From Ramlibacter tataouinensis (lineage in GTDB: Bacteria; Pseudomonadota; Gammaproteobacteria; Burkholderiales; Burkholderiaceae_C), in assembly GCF_001580455.1 (NCBI RefSeq), contig NZ_CP010951.1:1273585-1297584 (forward strand): DNA of 24,000 nt, written 5' to 3'. Position 1 is the first letter of the stretch; each line of letters opens with the position of its first letter. The notes beneath the pieces were generated by a model. The model was not told the origin of the DNA. It searched no databases and worked only from the letters and a program-made list of their open reading frames with translations. Positions 1 to 8,358 of the stretch are shown here, piece after piece. Both the position numbers and the translations under genes were made by a program.

Positions 1-105
1 ATCGCCTGCTGGCGCACGTCTTTGGCTAGTTCGATCATTCAGGCATTCTGCGCGAGGGCCGCTGTCGACCCACGGCAGAACCTGCACAGACGACGCTCGC
101 AGCGG

Positions 106-1137
106 CTAGACCGATGCGTCGCCCAGCACTTGCGGCTCGTACGCGTGCAGCGAAGGCAAGCCGCCGGTGTGGAGGAACAGCACGCGCTCACCCGCAGCCA
201 ACTCGCCCTTGCGCGCGAGCCCGATCAGGCCCGCCATGATCTTTCCGGTGTAGACCGGGTCCAGCGGAATGCCTTCGGTCCGCGCGAGCATCTGCACTGC
301 TTCCACCATGGCGGCGTTGGGCACCGAGTACTTCGGCTGCCAGTAGCCGCCGACGCTCCTGACGGCCTCGCGCGGCACCCGAATGCCGGTTTGCAACAGG
401 TCCATGACCGCTTGCGCCTCCTGATGGACCAGCGGCTCCTGGTCCGCCGGATCGCGGCTGACCCCGATACCGGTGATCGGGATGCGGATGTTGTTCCCCA
501 GGAATCCGGCCAGCAGCCCTCCATGCGTGCCCGAACTGCCGGAGCCCACCACGATACGGTCGAAGGACAGCCCCTGGTCGAACAACTGCTGCTGCAGTTC
601 CTGGGCGCAGGCCACGTAGCCGAGCCCGCCGAGCGCGTTGGAACCACCGCCGGGAATGACATAACCCTTGCGGCCTTGTTCGCGCAGTTCGGCCTCGACG
701 CGCGCCATCGCGGCGCCCATGTCACTGCCGCCGGGGACGACCGTGATGGCCTCGACCCCGAGCAGCCGGAACATGAAGTTGTTGCCGCTCGCGTCGGCCT
801 TGTAGCTGTCCGGCACGCGCTCCTCGATCACGAAGCGGCAGCGCAGGCCTTCCTTCACGGCGGCGGCGAGCGTGATGCGGCAATGGTTGGACTGCGGCGC
901 CCCGCAGGTGATCAGCGTGTCCGCACCTTGCTGCAGCGCGTCGGCCACCAGGAATTCGAGTTTTCGTGTCTTGTTGCCGCCGGGAAACAGGCCGAGCATG
1001 TCGTCGCGCTTGATCCAGACATCCGGTCCGCGCCCGCCGGGACAGCCCGCGGCCAGCGCCGCCGAAAACCGCGGCAACTGCTCGATGGGAGTGGCGAAAG
1101 GCGTGTAGCGCCGGCGGGGAAAGCGGGAGAGATCCAT
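106..1137 (-). CDS. dcyD: D-cysteine desulfhydrase / ACC deaminase family PLP-dependent enzyme (343 aa)
   Basis: The translation is collinear, from memory, with E. coli DcyD: N-terminal 'LSRFPR...TPIEQLPRFS', PLP-lysine motif 'GGNKTRKLEFL', 'ITCGAPQSNH', 'GGSNALG', 'DPVYTGK' and 'HTGG'. I placed the start at the internal ATG (complement of 1135-1137, 'MDLSRF') where homology begins. The 64 upstream codons of the tracked ORF are Arg/Pro-rich and look non-coding. Confidence 0.85.
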   Translation of the reverse strand: MDLSRFPRRRYTPFATPIEQLPRFSAALAAGCPGGRGPDVWIKRDDMLGLFPGGNKTRKLEFLVADALQQGADTLITCGAPQSNHCRITLAAAVKEGLRCRFVIEERVPDSYKADASGNNFMFRLLGVEAITVVPGGSDMGAAMARVEAELREQGRKGYVIPGGGSNALGGLGYVACAQELQQQLFDQGLSFDRIVVGSGSSGTHGGLLAGFLGNNIRIPITGIGVSRDPADQEPLVHQEAQAVMDLLQTGIRVPREAVRSVGGYWQPKYSVPNAAMVEAVQMLARTEGIPLDPVYTGKIMAGLIGLARKGELAAGERVLFLHTGGLPSLHAYEPQVLGDASV

Positions 1138-1428
1138 GGGGCCATTGTGCTGGGTAACGCGTGAACCTTCCCGCGAAGGGTTGTTGTGCGCGGCGGAACA
1201 TGCGCGCGGGTGCGGGATAACCCGGGAGGCCGGCGGACGACCTGGAAGGAACGAACGGGTAAATTCGGCGCTGACGCGGCCAGCCGGCCGGTATATTGGA
1301 TGAATGCACAGGGACAACCGGGCTGCCAAGAATCAATGCGCCTTTTCCGACTGCCTCCACGACCCGTCTCGGGAGAGCTGGTGATCCGGATCGCCGGCAT
1401 CGCCTTGCGCTGAGGCCGCACGCACCCC

Positions 1429-2376
1429 ATGAGAATCGCGTTCATCGGGCAGCAGGAATTCGGCAAGGCCGTCCTCGAAGCCTTCCTGGCGCGCGGCGAC
1501 ACCATCGCCGGCGTATTCTGCGTGCCGGACAAGCCCGGCGCCAGGCCGGACGCGCTGAAAGCCGACGCACTGGCGCTGGGCCTGCCGGTCTTTGCGTTCG
1601 CCAGCCTGCGCAGCCCCGAGGCCGAGGCCGCGATGCGCTCGCTCGACGCCGACCTGGGCGTGATGGCTTACGTGCTGCAGTTCGCGCCGCGATCCTTCGT
1701 GGACATCCCGCGCCACGGCACCATCCAGTTCCACCCTTCGCTGCTGCCCAGGCATCGCGGGCCGTCTTCCATCAGCTGGCCCATCGCGCTGGGTGCGCGC
1801 GAGACCGGCATCACCATCTTCCGCCCCACCGACGGCCTCGACGAAGGTCCGGTGGTGCTGCAGAAAACCTGCCCCATTGGCCCCGACGAGACGCTGGGCG
1901 AGGTCTACTTCAACAAGCTCTTCCCCCTGGGCGTGAGCGCGCTGCTCGAAGCCGCCGACCTGGTGGTGAACGGCCGGCATGGTGAACGAGTGCAGGACGA
2001 GCGCCACGCCACGTACGAAGGCTGGATGCACGACGAAGAGGCGCGCATCCACTGGAACGGGCACGTCGACGTCGCCTACAACCTGATCCGCGCCTGCAAC
2101 CCGGCGCCGGGCGCCTGGACCCTCCTCGATGGCCTGAAGGTGCGCTTCTTCGATTGCCGCAAGCACGTGGTGGGCCGCTTCGTGGCCGCGGGCCACAAGC
2201 CCGGCGACATCGCCGGCGTGACTGAACGCTCCATCGTGATCTGGGCCCACGGCGGCCTCATCGAGGTGTTCCGGCTGCGCCCCGAAGGCGGCGCCAAGAT
2301 GGACGCCGGCGAATTCGCGCGCCAGCGCGGGCTGGCGGTCTCGACGGCCTGGCAGTCCTACCTGCGGCCGGCTTGA
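1429..2376 (+). CDS. Formyltransferase-family protein (Fmt-like paralog; resembles the 10-formyl-THF dehydrogenase N-terminal hydrolase domain), 315 aa
   Basis: N-terminal 'MRIAFIGQQEFG' nucleotide-fold start. Catalytic 'HPSLLPRHRG' (SLLP) motif. 'ATYEG' and 'PGAWT' mark the C-terminal formyl-transferase domain. GC3 bias is strong. Confidence 0.85.
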   Translation: MRIAFIGQQEFGKAVLEAFLARGDTIAGVFCVPDKPGARPDALKADALALGLPVFAFASLRSPEAEAAMRSLDADLGVMAYVLQFAPRSFVDIPRHGTIQFHPSLLPRHRGPSSISWPIALGARETGITIFRPTDGLDEGPVVLQKTCPIGPDETLGEVYFNKLFPLGVSALLEAADLVVNGRHGERVQDERHATYEGWMHDEEARIHWNGHVDVAYNLIRACNPAPGAWTLLDGLKVRFFDCRKHVVGRFVAAGHKPGDIAGVTERSIVIWAHGGLIEVFRLRPEGGAKMDAGEFARQRGLAVSTAWQSYLRPA

Positions 2377-2404
2377 GCCGCCGGGCGCATGGAAGCCCCT
2401 GCGC

Positions 2405-3196
2405 TCACCACTTGTTGCGCAGCTCGCGCAACTTGGTGAACACGGTCTTGGCGTCCGGCTGCGCCGGCAGCTCCGGGAAGTCTTCGCGCAGGCGTGCGAC
2501 CACGCCGGGGCTGTCCAGACGCATGAAGGTGTTGATGCGCTGTTCGTCGGCCAGGGTCGTGACGATGGACTTGGCCGGATCGTGGCCCGTCACCTTCGGC
2601 AGCAGGTCCTGCGCCGCCGCGTTGTCCGGCTCGCGCGCCAGGGTGAAGCGCAGGTTGTTCTCGATGTAGTCGTGGCCCGGATAGATCTTCGTGTTCGCGG
2701 GCAGCCTTCCGAGCTGGTTGACGAAGGTGGCGAACAACTCGTTCACGTCGCCGCCGTTGTGCACGTTGCCCGCCCCGGCGTTGAACAGCGTATCGCCCGA
2801 AAACAGCGCCGGCTCGTCGGTGTGCGAACGCAGGCAGATGTGGCACATCGTGTGGCCCGGCGTATCCATGCACTCCAGCTCGACGCGCTTGCCGACCTTG
2901 ATGACATCCCCCGCCTGCACGCCGCGATCGACACCGGGAATGAGCCTGGCGGCGCGATGGTGCGCGATCACCTTGGCCCCGGTGACGGCGACCACGGCCG
3001 CGTTGCCGCCGATATGGTCGTGGTGCTCGTGCGTGTTGAGGATCTGCGTGATCTGCCAGCCCTTGACCTTCGCGGTGGCGAGGGTCTTTTCATGGTCGAG
3101 CGGATCGATCGCGAGCGCCTCCCCCGTGTCGGGGCAGGCCACCAGGTAGTTGAAGTTGCGCAGCGAGTTGCCGGTCCAGATTCGCTCGACGATCAT
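2405..3196 (-). CDS. MBL-fold metallo-hydrolase, hydroxyacylglutathione hydrolase (GloB)-like, 263 aa
   Basis: Metal motif 'THEHHDHIGG', 'TPGHT', 'GDTLF', 'YPGHDY' and the GloB-type C-terminal 'INTFMRL'. The tracked ORF begins at a GTG (3226). The ATG at 3194-3196 ('MIVERIW') is preceded by 'AAGGTGGA' and fits family length better. Confidence 0.85.
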   Translation of the reverse strand: MIVERIWTGNSLRNFNYLVACPDTGEALAIDPLDHEKTLATAKVKGWQITQILNTHEHHDHIGGNAAVVAVTGAKVIAHHRAARLIPGVDRGVQAGDVIKVGKRVELECMDTPGHTMCHICLRSHTDEPALFSGDTLFNAGAGNVHNGGDVNELFATFVNQLGRLPANTKIYPGHDYIENNLRFTLAREPDNAAAQDLLPKVTGHDPAKSIVTTLADEQRINTFMRLDSPGVVARLREDFPELPAQPDAKTVFTKLRELRNKW

Positions 3197-3306
3197 GCGG
3201 TCCACCTTTGGCTTGAGCCAAGGCACTTTACCGTATGGGCGGGAAACAGCTGAGTCGTCGTGCGGGGCCCTTGGCGGAACAAGATGCCGCTTGCCGCGCC
3301 TGTCGC

Positions 3307-3531
3307 CTAGTCGGCCTCGACCAGGCTGCCCATGGCAAACACGGACACCGGGACACGGCTGACGAGTTGCTCGGCGGACTGGCGCATCCAGCTCAGCTTC
3401 TTGAGCTCCTCCAGCTTAGCCTTGCGCTCGATTTCCAGTTCCTTGGGCGTCAGAAGTTCCATCTCTTGTGAAGTGAGAAGGTTCTCCAGGTTCTGGAGCG
3501 GGAGATCGTGGGAGGTCGTCGCAATCGTCAT
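3307..3531 (-). CDS. Small hypothetical protein (74 aa), acidic with a predicted helical central segment
   Basis: The ORF has mostly G/C third positions despite locally lower GC. It lies co-directionally downstream of the CMD-family gene. No family recognised and no clear Shine-Dalgarno. Confidence 0.45.
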   Translation of the reverse strand: MTIATTSHDLPLQNLENLLTSQEMELLTPKELEIERKAKLEELKKLSWMRQSAEQLVSRVPVSVFAMGSLVEAD

Positions 3532-3627
3532 GCCGATATTGTCGGGCAGAAGGGCTGGGATTTCCCCTATAACCCGCGCCCGCTCCCTGCCGCGCTTGAC
3601 AGACCGGCCCTCCGCAGGCTTGCTTGT

Positions 3628-4179
3628 TCACGGGCCTTGGCCGGGAAACCGGGCGCCGTCGCTTTCCAAGGGTATTCGCAGCGCGTTGGTCAGATAACTG
3701 ACCGTCCGGTAGAAGCCGGCCAGCATCAGCAACTCGAGGATGGCGTTCTCGCTGAACGCCCCGCGCACGGAAAGCCAGAGCTCGTCGTCGATATCGCAAT
3801 GCCGGTGCAGCGCGTCGCACAGGCGAATCAGCAGCCGGTCCTCTTCGGTCCAGCACGGGTCGTCGGCCGAACCCCTCGCAAGCGATCGGATCTGTTCTTC
3901 GGTCAGGCCCGCCTTCGCCGCGTACACCGTGACATGCACACCCCACTCGTACTCGGACCCGCAGAGCGCCGTGGTCCGGTCGATGACGATCTCCCGCTGC
4001 CGGAGGGTCAGGTTTCCCTTGTCCAGCAGCCCGCCCGCGAAGAACTTCTTGCTGAGCCGCGGGTCCCGGGCGACGGTCGCGAACAGGTGCAGGGGCGGCT
4101 TCCCCTTCATCGTCCGGTCGATGATCTCGGCAACCTCCTGGTCGAAGGGAGGACTGGCGGGTGCGATGCGTGCGGACAT
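3628..4179 (-). CDS. Carboxymuconolactone decarboxylase (AhpD-like) family protein, 183 aa
   Basis: Typical CMD-family pattern: 'LRQREIVIDRTTALCGSEYEWGVH' and a C-terminal 'ELLMLAGFYRTVSYLTNAL' helix. Good codon bias. Confidence 0.8.
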   Translation of the reverse strand: MSARIAPASPPFDQEVAEIIDRTMKGKPPLHLFATVARDPRLSKKFFAGGLLDKGNLTLRQREIVIDRTTALCGSEYEWGVHVTVYAAKAGLTEEQIRSLARGSADDPCWTEEDRLLIRLCDALHRHCDIDDELWLSVRGAFSENAILELLMLAGFYRTVSYLTNALRIPLESDGARFPGQGP

Positions 4180-4382
4180 GGCTTCTCTCCGGTGACTTCA
4201 GCGCCAGACATGCTATGCCGATGCGCCTAAGGGGCAGTCACCCGGGTGTCAGGCGGCACGGCCCCTTGTCGGCCGCACGCCGGGCCGCAGCAGCCTTCGA
4301 ACCCGCTACACAAGGTTGCGTCAGCACGCGCGCAGGTCGTGTACAAGGGTAGCATCACGGCCCTGCCGTGAATGGAGGCAGC

Positions 4383-5816
4383 ATGAGCAGCGACGCGTCG
4401 TCCGCCGTTGCAGCGCCCCGTGCGCTGAGCACCGTGCCCGGCCCGCGCGGCTGGCCGGTTGTCGGGGTCGCGCCGCAAGTGCGGCCTGAGAGCTTCCACC
4501 GGCAACTGGAGGCCTGGTCCGGGCGCTACGGGAGCGTGTTCGCCTTCCGCATCGGCGGCCGGCATTTCCTGGCGGTCAGCGATCCCGAGACCGTGGCCGG
4601 CGTTTTGCGGCGGCGTCCGGCTGTCTTCCGCCGGACGACGCGCCTGGAACAAGCCTCGCGCGAGCTTGGTTTCCTGGGGCTGTTTTCCGCCAGCGGCGAT
4701 ACCTGGCGCCGGCAGCGGCCCATGGTGCTGGCTGGGCTGGACCCGGCGCACATCCGCACTTACCTGCCGGCACTGACCGCCATCACCGACCGCCTGCGGC
4801 GGCGCTGGCTGGACGCAGCCGCGGCAGGGCGCGAGATCGACCTCACGGCCGACCTGATGCGCTATACGGTCGACGTGACGACCAGCCTGGCCTTCGGCCA
4901 CAACCTCAACACGCTGGAGGCGAGCACCGAGACCGCAATCCAGCAGCACCTCAACGTCATCCTGCCGGCGCTGTTCAAGCGCCTGATGTCGCCCCTGCCG
5001 CGGTGGCCGGACAAGGCGCTGGCCGGGCACGTCATTGCGCTGCGCGCGGCCGTGCAGGAGTTCATCGCCCAGGCGCGGCGCGACCTGGCGGAACAGCCCG
5101 CGCTGCGGCAGCAGCCGGCCAACCTGATCCAGGCCCTGGTGGCTGCGAGCGAGGATGCCGCGCACGGCATCACCGAGGAGGACGTGTCGGGCAATGTGCT
5201 CACCATGCTTCTGGCCGGTGAGGACACGACGGCGCACACGCTGGCGTGGCTGTTCTGGCTGCTGTATCGCAACCCGCAGGCCCTGGCAACGGCGCGCGCC
5301 GAGGTCGATGCGGTGCTGGGAGCCGGCGGGCAGGTGCGGGCCATCGACGACCTCGCGCGCCTGGACTACGTGGAGGCCTGCGCCAACGAGGCCATGCGGC
5401 TGAAGCCGGTGGCGCCCATGATCATGAACGAGGCGTGCGAAGAGACCGTGGTCGCCGATGTCCTGGTGCCCCGCGGCGGCATCGTCATCTGCCTGCTGCG
5501 TCCGGCCAACCTCGACGATGCGCATTTCCCGAGACCGATGCAGTTCGATCCGGGGCGCTGGCGCGGCGGCCCCGGCGCCGCCGCGTCGCTGTCTTCCGCC
5601 AAGCGCGTTGCCATGCCCTTCGGCGCCGGTCCGCGCATGTGCCCGGGCCGCTACCTGGCCATCGCGGAGATCAAGATGGTCGCTGCGATGCTGCTGGCGC
5701 AGTTCGACGTCGTGGACGTCTCGGCGGCCGGCGTGGACGAACCGCGCGAGCGGCTGGCGCTCACCATGGCGCCGGTCGGCTTGAGAATGAGCCTGCGAAA
5801 GCGCCCGGCGGCCTAG
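4383..5816 (+). CDS. Cytochrome P450 monooxygenase (477 aa), E-class-like heme motif
   Basis: I-helix 'LLAGEDTTAHTL', ExxR 'NEAMRLKP', 'FDPGRW' (PERF-type) and Cys-ligand loop 'FGAGPRMCPGRYLA'. I moved the start to ATG 4383, which has GGAGG at 4374-4378. The tracked ORF begins at GTG 4368. Confidence 0.9.
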   Translation: MSSDASSAVAAPRALSTVPGPRGWPVVGVAPQVRPESFHRQLEAWSGRYGSVFAFRIGGRHFLAVSDPETVAGVLRRRPAVFRRTTRLEQASRELGFLGLFSASGDTWRRQRPMVLAGLDPAHIRTYLPALTAITDRLRRRWLDAAAAGREIDLTADLMRYTVDVTTSLAFGHNLNTLEASTETAIQQHLNVILPALFKRLMSPLPRWPDKALAGHVIALRAAVQEFIAQARRDLAEQPALRQQPANLIQALVAASEDAAHGITEEDVSGNVLTMLLAGEDTTAHTLAWLFWLLYRNPQALATARAEVDAVLGAGGQVRAIDDLARLDYVEACANEAMRLKPVAPMIMNEACEETVVADVLVPRGGIVICLLRPANLDDAHFPRPMQFDPGRWRGGPGAAASLSSAKRVAMPFGAGPRMCPGRYLAIAEIKMVAAMLLAQFDVVDVSAAGVDEPRERLALTMAPVGLRMSLRKRPAA

Positions 5817-5859
5817 ACGGCAGGCGGGCGCATTCGTTGGATGGGCCGGCGGCCAGGCC

Positions 5860-7245
5860 TCAGGTGGCCGGCTTGATGTTCTGGTTGACGCGGAAGAGAT
5901 TCTTCGGGTCGTACTTCGCCTTGATGGCCGCGAGGCGGGCGTAGTTGTCGCCGTAAGTGGCCTGCACGCGGCCATCCGCCTCGTCGTCCATCATGAAGTT
6001 GACGTAGGCGCCTTCCATGTTGTAGGGGTGGACGGCCTTCCAATAGGCGCGTCCCCAGGTCTTGAGCGCCTCCGCCTTCTTCGGGTCCGGATCGATCCCC
6101 GCGATCACCATCGACCAGGTCGCATCGCGGGTGCTCCACGCCGTCGCGTCCTTCGCCACGCGCCGCGCGGCGCCGTCGATCGGGTACAGGTGCATCAGGC
6201 ACAGGTCGCTGGGCGCATTGGCGGCCTGTGCGATGTGCGCCTCGATCGCGGCGTCAGGCAGCGACTTGACGAAGTCGCCCTTCCAATACCATTGCAGGCC
6301 CTTCGGGAAGAACGGATCGAACATCGAATTGATCGCCGTGAACGGCATCTCGCCCATCCAGTTGAAGAACGGTGCCGGCAAGCCGCCGAGCAGCTTCGCC
6401 ATGATCTTCTCGCCCTCGGCCGCGCTGCCGTTGAAGGCGCCAATGATGGCGCAGGCGCGCTTTCCCCAGTGCTCCTTCGGGAACGGATCCATAGGCGGCA
6501 CCGTCTTCAGCCCGACGAATATGCCGAGTTCTTCCGGCGCCGAGGGCAGGAAGTCGCGATAGGCGCTCATCACGGCTTTCCCGTGCGCGGCAGCATCCCA
6601 GAAGATCGGCCCTGCATAGACCATGCGGACTGGATGCGCCTGGAACAGGAAGCTCGTCACGACGCCGAAGTTGCCGCCGCCGCCGCGCACGGCCCAGAAC
6701 AGGTCGGGATGCTGGCGCTCGTTGGCCGTCACGAAGCTGCCGTCGGCAAGCACCATGTCGACTTCGAGCAGGTTGTCGATCGTCAAGCCATGCTTGCGCG
6801 TGAGGTAGCCGGTGCCGCCGCCGAGCGTCAGCCCGGCCACGCCGGTGCTGGAGACGATGCCGAAGGGCACCGCGAGGCCGAACGCGTGTGTGGCATGGTC
6901 CACGTCACCCCCCGTGCAACCCGGGTCCACCCGCACGGTCTTCGCCTGCGGATCCACCCGCACACTCTTCATCAGGGACAGGTCGATCATCAGGCCGTCG
7001 TCGCAGCTGCCGAGCCCCGGGCCGTTGTGTGCACCGCCGCGGATCGCGATCAACAGGCCCTGGTCGCGGCCGTAGTTGACGGCGGCGATGACGTCCGCCG
7101 CATCAACGCAGCGGGCGATGACGCGCGGCTTCTTGTCGATCATGCCGTTGTAGAGGGCGCGAACAGCGTCGTAGTCGGCGTCGTCTCGCCCGATGACGCG
7201 CCCGCGCATGCCTTGCTGCAGTGCGGAGACGATCTGGTCTGTCAT
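5860..7245 (-). CDS. FAD-binding oxidoreductase, PCMH-type with berberine-bridge-enzyme-like C-terminus (461 aa)
   Basis: N-terminal FAD-binding PCMH pattern ('PRVIARCVDAADVIAAVNYGRDQGLLIAIRGGAHN', 'GLTLGGGTGYL'). C-terminal BBE signature ('YVNFM...YGDNYARLAAIKAKYDPKNLFRVNQNIKP'). GGAGA SD lies 5 nt upstream of the ATG. Confidence 0.9.
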   Translation of the reverse strand: MTDQIVSALQQGMRGRVIGRDDADYDAVRALYNGMIDKKPRVIARCVDAADVIAAVNYGRDQGLLIAIRGGAHNGPGLGSCDDGLMIDLSLMKSVRVDPQAKTVRVDPGCTGGDVDHATHAFGLAVPFGIVSSTGVAGLTLGGGTGYLTRKHGLTIDNLLEVDMVLADGSFVTANERQHPDLFWAVRGGGGNFGVVTSFLFQAHPVRMVYAGPIFWDAAAHGKAVMSAYRDFLPSAPEELGIFVGLKTVPPMDPFPKEHWGKRACAIIGAFNGSAAEGEKIMAKLLGGLPAPFFNWMGEMPFTAINSMFDPFFPKGLQWYWKGDFVKSLPDAAIEAHIAQAANAPSDLCLMHLYPIDGAARRVAKDATAWSTRDATWSMVIAGIDPDPKKAEALKTWGRAYWKAVHPYNMEGAYVNFMMDDEADGRVQATYGDNYARLAAIKAKYDPKNLFRVNQNIKPAT

Positions 7246-7521
7246 GGTGTTCTCCTTCGTCGATGGAGGGTCAAGGGGGTCGGCTGGCGCGATGGGACGC
7301 GTCAGGGCAACAATCTGCCGGAACGCTGTATCCGCGCTGTTTCTGAGACGGACGGCTGCGTATCAGCCGTGTAACGCTCCCCCTGTCGTGCAGGCCGGGG
7401 TCGCGCGACGCTCTGCGCGCGAAGGACTTGCTTGTCTGGGGGCGCGGGGGAGGCCCGTCGCGAGCCAGAACCGCACGAGGACTTCAGTGTGTCGCTCGCA
7501 CCACAGGATCGCATTGAAGAG

Positions 7522-7541
7522 GCAGCGGCGGCTGCCGCTGC
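7522..7541. other. GC-rich hairpin GCAGCGGC-GGCT-GCCGCTGC (8-bp stem, 4-nt loop)
   Basis: Read directly. On the minus strand it is followed by CTCTTCAAT, a weak U-tract. It may be a terminator for the PAS gene or part of an untranslated RNA. Confidence 0.4.
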
Positions 7542-7605
7542 TCACGGAAGCAGCACCGGGCTGCGCGCCGCGCCAGGACTGGCGGCTCAGCACTTGGGCC
7601 ACGGT

Positions 7606-7638
7606 TTTCCACAGCCTTCTCCACGCGATCTGTGGAAA
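7606..7638. repeat. Perfect 9-bp inverted repeat TTTCCACAG-N15-CTGTGGAAA
   Basis: Read directly. It lies in the non-coding gap about 50 nt downstream of the PAS gene stop. No adjoining T/A tract, so it is not a canonical intrinsic terminator. Confidence 0.7.
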
Positions 7639-7686
7639 TCGACCCTGCCCGACCTGTGCTAGGGCCGTGTCGACCGAAGTCGCAGC

Positions 7687-8103
7687 TCAGCTGGCCGAGG
7701 GCGGCGCGGCGGCCGCGCGCTCCTTCTGCACCCGTTCCGTCACGTCGCGCGCGATCGCGACCGAACCGGCCACGCCACCCGCGTCGTCTTTCACCACGGC
7801 GAAGGTCATCTCGACGTAGAGTTTGTCCCCGTTCTTGCGCTCGGCCCGCGTCAAGGACGGCCGGCCGGCCAGCCGGGTCTGGCCGGTCGTCATCGCTTTG
7901 CCGAAGCCGGTCCAATGGGCTGCGCGCAAGCGTTCCGGAATGATCAGGTCGAGGTTCTGGCCCAGGGCCTCCGCGGCGCTGTAGCCGAACAGCCTGCCGG
8001 CAGCCTCGTTCCAGCGGACGATGTTGCCGGCGGGATCAGCAAAGATGAGGGCATCCGTTGTTTGCTCGAGGATCCATTCCGCCAGCTGTGGAGATTCGTT
8101 CAT
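7687..8103 (-). CDS. Single-domain PAS sensor protein (138 aa), no output domain
   Basis: PAS S-box pattern: 'DALIFADPAGNIVRWNEAAGRLFGYSAAEALGQNLDLIIPE...GDKLYVEMTFAVVKDD.G...GSVAIARDVTERV'. Start placed at ATG 8101-8103 ('MNESPQ'), which has GGAG upstream. Confidence 0.8.
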   Translation of the reverse strand: MNESPQLAEWILEQTTDALIFADPAGNIVRWNEAAGRLFGYSAAEALGQNLDLIIPERLRAAHWTGFGKAMTTGQTRLAGRPSLTRAERKNGDKLYVEMTFAVVKDDAGGVAGSVAIARDVTERVQKERAAAAPPSAS

Positions 8104-8358
8104 GGTTGGGGCTCCAGGATGCACCCAAGGGGCCGCAAGGTCTGGTCTTGCGTGACACGTTCGGTGGGTGCTCGCCACATCCTACCGAAGCTGCCATGAC
8201 GCCGCTCTTGACCCAGGGCAGACATTGCTCGGGCGCGGGGGCAATCTGCGCGGGGTGCATCAGGCATTGCTGGCGAATCGGCTCCCTGCCATTTGCTCGA
8301 ACGAATGATTAGTGCGCCGGCGATCCCGCGAGGCCCGGAGTTCAGCAGAGGCGCGCGC

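Noticed and set aside
1-38. Possible start of another minus-strand gene (ATG at complement of 36-38, reading MIELAKDVRQQA... out of the window)
   Set aside because: Only 12 codons are visible and there is no SD, so I cannot tell a real gene from chance. Not reported as a feature.
22-1164. 380-aa + strand ORF antisense to the dcyD-like gene
   Set aside because: Its composition is Arg/Ala/Gly/His-rich and junk-like with no recognisable motifs. The opposite strand encodes a protein with clear family motifs. Long antisense ORFs are expected in GC-rich DNA because stop codons are scarce.
1138-1428. Possible ZTP/THF-type riboswitch upstream of the formyltransferase-family gene, and a putative promoter (CTGACG-N15-TATATT at 1271-1297)
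   Set aside because: I could not find the conserved ZTP (pfl) 3' element CCGCCTGGGC or other riboswitch cores. The -35/-10 pair has a weak -35 and a short 15-nt spacer. Only an imperfect hairpin at about 1164-1184 is visible, which is not enough to report.
4227-5975. 582-aa minus-strand ORF covering the P450 gene
   Set aside because: It is antisense to a P450 with all canonical motifs. The translation is Arg/Gly/Ala/Pro-rich low-complexity sequence, a GC-content artefact.
6028-7374. 448-aa + strand ORF antisense to the BBE-type FAD oxidase
   Set aside because: Same reasoning. The opposite strand has strong family motifs and an SD, and this ORF has none.
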